64,000 bases of DNA. It comes from Geosiphon pyriformis uo1 (taxonomy: Eukaryota > Fungi > Glomeromycota). The stretch is taken from NCBI GenBank assembly GCA_016748015.1, contig JAAOMT010000128.1:69538-133537 (forward strand). Direction: 5' to 3'. The notes beneath the pieces were generated by a model that searched no databases, was not told where the DNA came from, and saw only the letters and a list, made by a program, of their open reading frames with translations. The position numbers and the translations under genes are program-made. This document shows, piece after piece, positions 38,301 through 48,798 of this stretch (position 1 is its first letter; every line of letters starts with the position of its first letter).

Positions 38301-40328
38301 CGATAGTTTCTTGTAGCAGTCCTTACATTTAAGGGGAATATAGGGGCGTTGTTTCCTTGGTTTGGGTTTTGAGTAAGATATATTCCATCCAGAGGTTTCA
38401 GGTTTAGTGTGTGAGATAAAATGTTCTTGTTCTGTTTCATCGGCCCAGTTGGATGTTGATCCAAGAGCCATGAATGTTTTGATTATTGGTTTTTTTTCTT
38501 CTGGTTCAAATTCAAAAGCCAGGGCTTTTTCAGAGCATTTGTTGAATGTACCATAAATGGCAGGTACTTGGCCATGTTGTCCTTGGTAGGAGATTGTTAA
38601 CTCTTGTGTTTCTCAATTCAGATTAGCATTGGCTTTTTGAAGCCAATTATTTCCGATGAGAGCTTAGTACTGGGGTGCGTCCATTACAAGAACTTTGACT
38701 GGAATGGTGATTCCATCAAGAATGAATGGAAAATTGTCAATTTCTCCTACTGGGGTCTTTTTTATGCCATCAGCAGTAACGATTACTGTTTGAGCTGGTC
38801 GGTCAACATTTCTTTTCAACTGTTGCATTAACTGGTAGGTAATAATGCTTCTGACGGATCCACTGTCTAGGATCAAGCGAATTGGCTTTCCTTTGACTTC
38901 TGCTTCAGTGTACATTGCAGTGATGGCTTTTTGCTCATTAGCCGCTGCATTGCTAAGCAAGAATGGTGATTCATTTGCTTAATTTCAAAAGGAAAGATAT
39001 CAGAGAGATTGGCGTTTTCAGCAATTTGGGCTGGTGGAATAGTGGTGTGGTTATAAGAAGGGTTTCATTGTTGTTGTGCTGCAGCTCTACCTTCTGAGAG
39101 TGCAGTATAGTGAAAATCCTGTTCTTCCAGCATTGTTAAATAACTGGGTTGAGTGTGATAGTGGTTGGGTCTTAGTTAAGTGGTATTTCGGGGAACCAAT
39201 TGGTTGTTCGAACTGATTCTACTGTTGTTTACTTGGTATCGGTTTTGTGGTGTGAATTGATTTTGTGTAATCAGTTTTTGAGCAGGTACTTGATAATATT
39301 GTGAGGGTGGTTGTTGGTATTGCTGTTGGATTGGTTGTGGGACAGGCTGATAATAGTTATTTTGGTATTGGGGTCTTGGTAAATAGTAAGCTGGTGGTAA
39401 TGGTTGATAATAAGATTGCTGTGGTGGAGAGTAATATTGATTACCCCTATTTTGTTGGTCTCGTTGCAGCTTTCTGCAATCTTTTTTCCAGTGGCCAGAG
39501 ATTTTACAGTAATGGCAATTCTGGGGCTGGTTATTGGAAAGTGGTGCAAAGTTATTTTGATTTCGTCTTTGGGGTGGTTGATATCTTTGGGGTTGTTGTT
39601 GTTAATTGGTAAAATAGTTTTCGACCTTCTTTGTGAGTTGGTCAATTTTTTTCTCAGCTGCTGAGCTGGTTTTTCCAATTGCCAAATTTACAAGTTTTGT
39701 ACAATTGGCTTCTTCTATGGCCATTTCATATCTTATCGCATGCTGTATGGCAGAGTTTAAATCTTCTGGCATGTGTGGACAAATCTTTTTAATTAGTTTA
39801 TCTTTTAAGCCAGCAATAAATTGATCCAAGATTTGAGCATCGGAATAATAATCGTTTGTCTCGAGTTGGTGAATCTGTTTAAGAAGTTTGTTGAATTTCC
39901 CAATATAAGTCATAACGAATTCAGAGGGTTCTTGTTTGATATTTCGAAAACGATTGCGAAGAGTGATAAAGATATTATTGTCGGTGAACTGTTCAAGGAA
40001 GGCTGCTTTGAAAGCATTCCAATCATTAAATGGGGCAGCAAGGTTTTCAAACCATTCTCCTGCTGTTCCTTTGAGAAAGTAGGGAATTGTTCTTAACATT
40101 CTGGCAGCATTCCATCCATTTGCATCTCCAGCTTTAGTAACTTGGTCGAGCCATTCTTGGGGACTGGTCTCAATATCTTTTCCATTGAATTCAGGGATTT
40201 TTGCGATGTATGTTGTCATTTCGTCTTCTTTGTTTTCACTGTCTATTGATTCTTCTTCGGTTATTTCAGAGTTGTTTTCTTCATTTGCTGCTGTCTCAGA
40301 GTGTTCACTTTGATTTTCAGCTAGAAAA
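35334..40328 (-). pseudogene. Gypsy 2 gag-PR-Cys-rich domain-dUTPase-RT-RNase H (5' end in N gap)
   Basis: gag (IPEFNG...EWL, DQFIAGL), knuckle CHYCKISGHWKKDC, PR ILDSGS, dUTPase, RT (RFCVDYR, YLDD) and RNase H (ATDAS, ELE, TDN). Confidence 0.95.
37170..37595 (-). pseudogene. dUTPase domain within Gypsy 2 Pol
   Basis: All five trimeric dUTPase motifs in order: AGYDL, SRFSLA, GIINTGYTG, KIAQAI and RGTQDFGSTG. Confidence 0.95.
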
Positions 40329-41280
40329 NNNNNNNNNNNNNNNNNNNNNNNNNNNNNNNNNNNNNNNNNNNNNNNNNNNNNNNNNNNNNNNNNNNNNNNN
40401 NNNNNNNNNNNNNNNNNNNNNNNNNNNNNNNNNNNNNNNNNNNNNNNNNNNNNNNNNNNNNNNNNNNNNNNNNNNNNNNNNNNNNNNNNNNNNNNTGTTA
40501 CATAGTTCGGGGTATTGCATGATTGATCATCGCAATTAGGTTACATTTGTGTTGTGTACAATTTGGGTTATTAATTAAATGATAATTTTGGACATTCTTT
40601 GCTAATGTAATAAGTGATAATTTANNNNNNNNNNNNNNNNNNNNNNNNNNNNNNNNNNNNNNNNNNNNNNNNNNNNNNNNNNNNNNNNNNNNNNNNNNNN
40701 NNNNNNNNNNNNNNNNNNNNNNNNNNNNNNNNNNNNNNNNNNNNNNNNNNNNNNNNNNNNNNNNNNNNNNNNNNNNNNNNNNNNNNNNNNNNNNNNNNNN
40801 NNNNNNNNNNNNNNNNNNNNNNNNNNNNNNNNNNNNNNNNNNNNNNNNNNNNNNNNNNNNNNNNNNNNNNNNNNNNNNNNNNNNNNNNNNNNNNNNNNNN
40901 NNNNNNNNNNNNNNNNNNNNNNNNNNNNNNNNNNNNNNNNNNNNNNNNNNNNNNNNNNNNNNNNNNNNNNNNNNNNNNNNNNNNNNNNNNNNNNNNNNNN
41001 NNNNNNNNNNNNNNNNNNNNNNNNNNNNNNNNNNNNNNNNNNNNNNNNNNNNNNNNNNNNNNNNNNNNNNNNNNNNNNNNNNNNNNNNNNNNNNNNNNNN
41101 NNNNNNNNNNNNNNNNNNNNNNNNNNNNNNNNNNNNNNNNNNNNNNNNNNNNNNNNNNNNNNNNNNNNNNNNNNNNNNNNNNNNNNNNNNNNNNNNNNNN
41201 NNNNNNNNNNNNNNNNNNNNNNNNNNNNNNNNNNNNNNNNNNNNNNNNNNNNNNNNNNNNNNNNNNNNNNNNNNNNNNNN
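40329..41280. other. Assembly gaps flanking a stray 129-bp LTR fragment (40496-40624)
   Basis: N runs at 40329-40495 and 40625-41280. The fragment duplicates ~41478-41605. Confidence 0.95.
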
Positions 41281-41688
41281 TCGAAGAGAGAAGCTCTTCT
41301 TTTATACAACTTGTCATAACACTATTTTATGAACTTGAACTTTGCTATTTTCTACAATTTTGCTGAACTAAAGATATATTTCGGCAAACTACAAGTTATT
41401 TCTGTGAACTTATTAGATATTTCAGTGAACTATCAATTATTTCGGCGAATTTCTATAAATTTCAGTGAACTTTTGAATGTTACATAGTTCGGGGTATTGC
41501 ATGATTGATCATCGCAATTAGGTTACATTTGTGTTGTGTACAATTTGGGTTATTAATTAAATGATAATTTTGGACATTCTTTGCTAATGTAATAAGTGAT
41601 AATTTGAAACAATAATATATGCTAATTAATGATAGAAATTATAAGATAATTTCATGCTAAATAATATCTCTAATTTCGTCTGGTAACA
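41281..41688 (-). repeat. Visible part of the 5' LTR of Gypsy 2
   Basis: Matches 32688-33095 with about 16 differences, all transitions. Confidence 0.95.
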
Positions 41689-41839
41689 TTGTCGATATAG
41701 TTGGTTGTCTTGAATAAAATAATTTTGGGCTTGTTTTCATATGGTACTTTGTTTCTGTTGAGATAATATCTCCTTGAAATGTAGTGTCGATAGGTACTGA
41801 TGTAGTCGTTGATAAGTGAGTGTGTTCATGGGTCTGGAA

Positions 41840-44800
41840 TTAGGTTTGTGTTATCCTCGACAAACTGTCAGCATTAGTGTTCTTGGATCCTTCCTTGTAA
41901 TGGACTTTGAATGGGAATTGTTGCAGATAAGTACTCCATCTTGCATATTTTCCTTCTAGTTGTGAATTGTTGAGTAACCAAATAAGTCTTTTGTGGTTGG
42001 TATATAGGTCAAATAGTTAACTGAGGTAATGTTTCCAAGTCTATATGGCCCAATAAATGGCGAGACATTCCAGATCTGTTGTGCTGTAATTTTTTTCTGC
42101 TGGGCTAGTGCTGAGACTAGCATAGGCAACTAGATGTTCTCTATTGTCTGGTCTTATCTGTGATAAGACTGCTCCTAGAGCATTTTTTGAGGCATCTGTA
42201 GCAACAATGAACCATTTAGTGAAATCTGGGTAAATTAGGATTGAGAATGTGATCAATTGCTGCTTGAGATAGTCAAATGCTTTCTGTTGATCTTCCTTCT
42301 ACAAATATGATATGTATTTGGACAACAATTGATGGAGTGGTTTTGCAATGTTCAAGAAACCTTTGACAAATTGATGATAATATCCTGCCAATCCTAAAAA
42401 TCTTTATAATTCTTTGAGGTTAATTGGGGCTGGAAAATCCTTGACTTTTTGTACTTTATCTGGATCGGGTTTAACTCTGTTCTTGCCAATTACATGTTCT
42501 AAGAATTTTAATTCAGTTTTTCCAAAGAATCACTTCTTGGGATTGAGTTTCAATCCAGCACTATGAAAGCATTCGAAGACTTGTTGCAGGTGGAGCAGAT
42601 AGTCATCGAATGTTTCAGAGAACATGTTTGTGTTATCTAAGTAGACTACTACTGATTTCCAAAGGATTTCTTTGTATACTACATCCATCAGGCGTTGAAA
42701 CATGGCAGGAGCATTACAAAGTCCAAAAGGCATTATGTTAAACTTGAAGTTTCTATCTCAAGTAGTAAACGCTGTTTTTTCTTTGTCTTTGGAGTCTATT
42801 TCAACTTGCCAGTAACCACTTGCTAAATCTAATGACAAAAACCATTTCTTTTTCCCTAGATTGTCCAGAATTTCCTGGATAAGGGGAGTAGAATAACTAT
42901 CTCCTCACATAATGCTATTTAGTTTTCAATAATCTACGCAGAATTGCACTTTTCCATTTTTTTTGGTGACCAAAACTACTGGAGAAGACCAAGGGCTTAA
43001 CGATTCTTTAATTAAACCATTATCAAGCATCCATTGCACTTCTTGCTTAATTAGGTTATTGCCAGATGGGGGTACATGGTAAGCTCATTGCTTAATCAGT
43101 CGAGCGTCTCCCATATCAATCTGATGTTTCATCATGTTGGTGCATCCAAACTCATTTTCACTGGCAAAGACATCGGCATACTAATTCAAAAGAACTTTGA
43201 GTTGTATTTGTTGCAGGGTACTTAAATTTCCTAAATTCAATTTATTGATCTCTTTTGGTGTGAACAAGTAACTTTCTTTTGGCAAATTCCATACTTGTGA
43301 GGTAATGTCACAGAATAAGAATAATTGTGCAAAATTTGGAATGGACTGGGGTTTTTCAGAATTCTGAATATCTGTGGATATAGAACTGACAAGGGTCTCT
43401 TTGGGGATTTTAATGACATCTTCTGTCAGGTTGTGGATGAGGATTTTGAAGTGTTTATGGGCTTTGGCCAGTAGGTATAGATTAGCAACATCGGCTAGGG
43501 AATAGATTTCGGGACTGGCTTCGAATAACAGGGCTTGATCTTGGATCTTTCGATTCATCTTGAAGATGTATTGTCAGTATGAGGGAATGGAGATGACAGT
43601 GTTGGTGTTGATAAATTCTACCTGGTTACTGTCTTCCTCCATGAAGTTAACTGGTATGTTTCTTTTTTCACTTGATCTAAACTCATTGATTCCTCAGGCA
43701 GTGAGGCCTAACTTTTCTCAGATTGTTACTAGGGTTAATTGGGGTATTTTAACTAGGGGTAAGAAGATAGCTTGGGCAATCTTTTCTTGTGATTCTATTT
43801 TGTAGGGTCTGTCCGAATTGTTCTGTAGCATCACAATGATGTTTTCCATGTAACTGGCATCGATGATTCCTCCTTTTATGTCAATTTTTTTCTTGGCTAG
43901 ACTAGATTGAAAGGCAACTTGTACCATTGTACTAACAGGAATTTCTAACACTATCTTAAGATCTATTTTTATGAGGGAATGTGGGACTATAATGATGGGT
44001 GATTGTCTGGGGTATTGTAAATCGAAACTGGCATCAGTGTCATGCACTCTTTTGGGGCAGATTCCTTTCTCGTTGTCACTGTACCATTTTAGCTCTAGTT
44101 CTTTGGATAAGTTGGGATATGCGAGATATTATTCTGTTTCAGTATCCTCAGTTGGATCTTGAAATGACATGTTTTCTGTGATTAATACCTTTTTTTCGGG
44201 CTCAGATAGTTCGGTGATTGGAAATAGTATTCTTAAAGACAGATTGAACATAAAATCACATTTGTTGCAGTACTGGAAGTGACAGGGGATCAAACAGTGA
44301 TTGCACAGTTTGGTATTCAAATTGGCCAACCTTTGCTCTTGTTCTTTGCGAGTTGGGACCAATTCCTAATATCGGTTCTGAAATGTGTCTGGATCATCTG
44401 TAAAGAAATCATTCTTGGGGTAGTTGGGTCTATTATATTCGGGCATCCAAGGGTTGTCCTTGATTTCTCGTATTTCTTCGGGCATGGCGCTTTTGGCCTT
44501 GGTGCTTGCCATTCTCCAGATTTCGTGGTCATCATGTGGATAACCGTCCAGCCTGTTGAGGGCTTATTTCCAAGCATTCTCAATGGGGGTTCCCTTTTGT
44601 ACCCTATTGTTGATTAATATAGTGTATTGACAAACTTCGTCACATGTTTTTCCTCTGCCAGGCACATCATTTCAGAGTCTTTCATCTGGCAGAATTTTGC
44701 CACATGCGAGGCATGACATGTGGTCCCACTTGCCTTGTCATTTTGGTCATCCAAATCTTTCCAGTAAACAAGGTCTGCAATAGTATTTGGTGGCAGTGGG

Positions 44801-47660
44801 TCATTCTTCATTGTCCCTGATACATGCACCCATAGTGGATAGTTTTTTTTCACAATTGACACATATTAGTCTTGGGGGTTGGTAAAATAAGTTTCTTTGG
44901 TCCGAGATTACGTATCCTAGTGATGACAATTGGGGTTCTTTTTTGGCTCTGTCTTTTCTTTTTTCTTTCCAGGTTGGTGGTGGAGGTAGTTCAGTTTGAT
45001 AATTATCCACTCATGAAACCTGATAGGTTTCGATGGTTGGTGGCATTAATGTGTCTTTGAATTCAATAAGGAATTCCTTGGTACATTGGGTTTTAAAGTG
45101 TCCGCACATAGTTAAGACTTGGGCATGCTGTCCATTGAACATGAGTTGAAGTTCTTGGGTGTTCCAGTCGAAAGTAGCATTGGCTTTTGACAACCAATCA
45201 TTTCCTACTAGAGCTTGATATTGAGTAGCTTCTATGACAAGTATTTTGGTAAGAATTTGGATTCCATTAATCTCGAAAAGGAAGTTGTCAATTTCTCCTA
45301 TCGGGGTTTTTGTGTTTCCATCTGCTGTAATAATTCAAGCGGTAATGACATGGTCTACTCGACGACCTAGTTAGTCCATGAGCTGCTTTGTGATTATGCT
45401 ACTGGCTAATCCACTATCCAGAATTAATTTAATGTCTATTCTTCTGACTCTGGCATCAGTGTATAGGGCCATTATTGGTTTATCTTGATTGATGGCTGCT
45501 CCACTAAAAAGGCTATGTGTATTCAAATTATCAATGTCAAAAGAAAATATGGCAGCTAGGGTGGTGTCTTTAGTAATAATAGCTGGTGGGATATTGCTTT
45601 TTGTTTGCTTGGAAGGTTGGGAGATTTGTTCTATATTCTTCTCTTCCACAGATGTAGATTTATCAAAATCCTGGTCTTCTATAAGACCGAGATAGGAAGC
45701 TTGATTTAGGTATCTAGTTGGTGTTGGTCGAGATTGGGCAGGACTGCAAGAGATTGGTCAAGACGGTCCACTATTGGTTTGCACCTAATTGTTGTTGGGA
45801 TTTCTCTATCTCTGATTATAGTCTATAGCTTGAGGTCTGGATGGGCTGTAAGGAGAAGTTTGATAGTGAGGAATTGCTTGTGTCATTGGTGGTGGTTGAT
45901 AATAATTCTGGAGTGGTAGTTGAGTGTACAGGACTTGTTGTGCATATAGGGGCAGTTGATTCTGAGGTATGGAATATTGAAGTACTATGTTTTGCTAATA
46001 TCTGAGTTGCTGGTATGGGTTTCCTTGATTTTGGTCCATGATCTTCTTTCTGCAGTCATGGCCGATGTGTTCAGGTTTCTGGCAGTAGTAACAGTTGTGG
46101 GAATTAGATCTCCAAGGTTGTTGCTGTTGCTGACGGTTCTATTGCTGTTGCTGACGGTTCTGTTGCTGTGGGTATCTGTTGTTGTTGTTATTTTCTCTCT
46201 GTTGGGATGATTGATAAGTTTCTGTAGTTCCAGCTAAGAATCCCTCAATTTTTTGAGTTAGTTTTTCACTCAATTGGGTTATTTTTGCATCAATGTCAGA
46301 GGTTCCATTAATGGCTAAATTAACAGTTTGAGTATGGTTTGCTTCTTGTTCTGCAGACTCAAAATTGCAAGTGAAAGTGACAGCGTCTTGTAAACTGGTC
46401 AGATGGCGGGATTTTATGGATCTTAGAATACCACTTCACAATCTTTTAATGAATTGATTAAGAACTTGCACCATGGTGTAGTAGTCCCTTTCGATAGCTA
46501 ATATTTAATACAGGATTTGATTAAATTGTCTGAGATAAGTAGTTACTGCTTCGTGATCTTTTTGTTTAATTATGCTGAATTGATTCTGCAATCGGATTAA
46601 TGTATTGAGGTCACAGAAGTATTGCAGAAATGTGAGTTTAAACTCAGTAAAGGAGGTAGGCTTCTCTGCGAGGCTCTGGTACCACAAATCGGCAGTTTTG
46701 GTCAGAAAAAACGGCAGTGCTTGAATTGTGTGGTCGTCGTTCCAACCATTAGTGGTAATTGCTTTCTCGGCATCCACAATCCAAGAATATGCGTTATCTT
46801 CTTCACTAGAGAATTTTTCCAATTTAACAATATCCCGATAAGCCATGATCTGGTTAATGAGTGGAGTATTACTGGTTATGTTTAAAAGAATTGGTGTCCA
46901 CATATTTGAGTGTTTTCCGGGTGCTAATGTTGGTTGCTTTCCTTTGTCACTTGAACCAATAGGTTGTAAGATAGCTGTTTTTTCCATTAGGAGAGATGCT
47001 GATTCTGCTAGGTTTTGTGCTGGTGGCTGTTTCTCAAGTTGATGGGTTTTCTTTTGTTTAACTGGCTGCTGGGGTAAAATTTCCAAACAGCAATCCATAT
47101 TCTCCTAGTGATTTGGTCCAACTGTGTTGATTCTAAGGGTGTGGATTTCCAGGAGTTTGTGGTGTTTCCGACTGAGTTTCTGGAGGTGGGTTGAATACAA
47201 TTCTACTCTGGAATGTCTGATGGTATGATGGAGTTGTTAGAGAGAGGACCCTTGGTTTCTTGTTAACCGTGGACTTGGCTTGGGCAGTTACAGGGTTGTT
47301 GGATTCATTTTCATATTTCTCAGGGTCGGATTCCACTGGTTGTTATACTTGAGAAAATTGTTGTGTCATGTAATATTTAATGTCTGTATCGATTATGCGC
47401 AGAGTTTCAGTGATTGCTCGGGTAGTCGTGACTGTTGAATACTCTAGTAAGCTTTGATGAATTTGTTTTCCAAGTCTTCCTGTATCAGTTGCGCGGCCTA
47501 ACAAGCAGTCAATTTTTGCATTGATATAGTTACAAAAATCACTTTCTGCATAAGCAGTTTCTGCTGGTATTTCTAGGTCTTTTCAAAAGTATTGAAATAG
47601 TGCTTTTCCATATGAGGAGTGGTTCTTTTCTATTATTCCAATAGTTACTACTTTTATGTA
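41840..47660 (-). pseudogene. Gypsy 1 gag-PR-Cys-rich domain-dUTPase-RT-RNase H, single reading frame
   Basis: The ORF pieces starting at 47098, 45649, 44047, 43558, 42733 and 42256 are all in one frame. Motifs: capsid-like (EKFSSEED...W), CCHC knuckle, ILDSG, dUTPase, MPFGLCNAP/YLDN and ATDAS. The gag start is approximate. Confidence 0.92.
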
Positions 47661-47693
47661 TTTTTGGGGGTGCTTTGTCTCTGTGGATTTATA

Positions 47694-47711
47694 ACCTCAC
47701 AGAGAGCACCA
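47694..47711 (-). promoter_or_regulatory. Primer binding site of Gypsy 1 (18 nt, TGGTGCTCTCTGTGAGGT)
   Basis: Lies 2 nt inside the 5' LTR. Its complement ACCUCACAGAGAGCACCA fits tRNA positions 59-76. It resembles elongator Met or Ile(UAU) tRNA ends; the identity is unverified. Confidence 0.88.
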
Positions 47712-47713
47712 AA

Positions 47714-48798
47714 TGTTATGGGTAAACTTGATGGGTATGGGAAATAATAACATTTGGTGCTCTCAATTATGGATGATGCATCTTTCACATAATTCTGTTG
47801 GCTTAGTTTTGATTATCAGTCTCTGAAGATCTATTCCTGGATGTGAATTTACCCGTTAAGTTTTTTGGTTATAAGGCACAGAGTTTGTCTTTTGTCAATT
47901 ACAATGTTTTTTGTAAATGTGAGCTTTCTTCTCTGAGCTAATGAGTACAGTTGTTAGGGTCTGGCATTGTCTTTTTGCCCTTCTGGTAAGCTAACAAGAT
48001 AATGTTAATATCCAAAACTTAGGGGGAGCTTTCCTCTTTTACCAGGCTATCACGAAGTCTATTCCCAGACAGTCAATTTTACTATGTTGCCGCTTCACAA
48101 AAATAAGACAGAAAAAGAAAAAAAAAGAAAAAAAGAAAAAAAAAAGAAAGAGAGAAAAGATAAATTAGTATCATCAATTGCCATGATCAAGAGTGATTGG
48201 TCCAAATCATTAATAGATTCGAGGTGGTTATGCTAAGAACATCTGTCCTAGAACGGAAATACAAGACAAAGGTTAATTCACATAAATTCCACGAAGTTCG
48301 AGAACATAAATTCGTGATTCTGATTTCTTTTTAATAATTGGTTTATTTCAGGAGATGAAATAGAGAAGATAATAAAGGATAAAGGGGTATAGATATTTAA
48401 TTCTTGTCTAGAGGTTCATATCTATTTGTCTGTCTTTTCTCACTTCTACAACTACTTGCTTTTATACATTTTTTTGGTTTTACAGGATTGCTTTCAATTG
48501 TCTTGCTATCACTAGCTATTGCTTTGTTGTTTCTGTTATTGCTTCGTTTTTTTATGTTATCACTAGTTATTCTATGTTATAACATGTTATCTGACATTAT
48601 TACATGTTATTCTGTGTTATCCTGCATTATAACACGTTATTCTATGTTATTGCACACTATTCTGTGTTATCCTGTGTTATAACATATTATCCTACGTTAT
48701 AATGTGTTATCTAACATTATTGCGCATTATTCTGTGTTATGTCACATTTTGGTTATGTTTTTTCATAACTCTGGATTGGTTTTTCTACTCGAGTAACA
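47714..48798 (-). repeat. 5' LTR of Gypsy 1
   Basis: Direct repeat of 28970-30054, adjacent to the PBS. Confidence 0.97.

Larger units (their letters stand above)
32115..41688 (-). mobile_element. Ty3/Gypsy element 2 (inner), nested in the Gypsy 1 integrase
   Basis: LTR 32115-33095 (TGTTAC...GTAACA) is repeated at 41281-41688, with the rest in the N gap. TSD TCGT (32111-32114) / TTGT (41689-41692). Confidence 0.95.
30884..41829 (-). pseudogene. Gypsy 1 integrase, split by Gypsy 2 (41689-41829 plus 30884-32114)
   Basis: MNTLTYQRLHQYL...LYR|RERRN joins in frame once the insertion and one TSD are removed. HHCC, IGIDLVGP, PYHPQTNGLVE and a GPY/F-like C-terminus are present. Confidence 0.9.
28970..48798 (-). 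mobile_element. Ty3/Gypsy element 1 (outer), complete, interrupted by Gypsy 2
   Basis: 1085-bp LTRs TGTTA...TAACA, perfect 4-bp TSD ATGT (28966-28969 and 48799-48802), PBS, PPT, gag-pol, integrase and ORF3. Confidence 0.97.

Noticed and set aside
38960-39000. Apparent gag/pol frame change in Gypsy 2
   Set aside because: It maps to a probable 1-bp deletion in ...IFPFE|..ANESPF. Gypsy 1 has gag and pol in one frame, so this is decay rather than a programmed frameshift.
40201-41366. Long ORFs of X residues and an apparent third LTR copy at 40496-40624
   Set aside because: Artefacts of N gaps and likely mis-scaffolding of a collapsed LTR read.
46113-46190. 21-bp tandem repeat (GCTGTTGCTGACGGTTCT..)
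   Set aside because: It encodes ordinary Gln/Asn/Arg low-complexity Gag linker (QQNRQQQ).
47694-47764. Tf1-type self-priming as the primary mechanism
   Set aside because: The PBS extends to a full 18-nt tRNA-like complement, and the TATA-like box is about 700 bp upstream of the anti-PBS, so the anti-PBS is unlikely to be the transcript 5' end.
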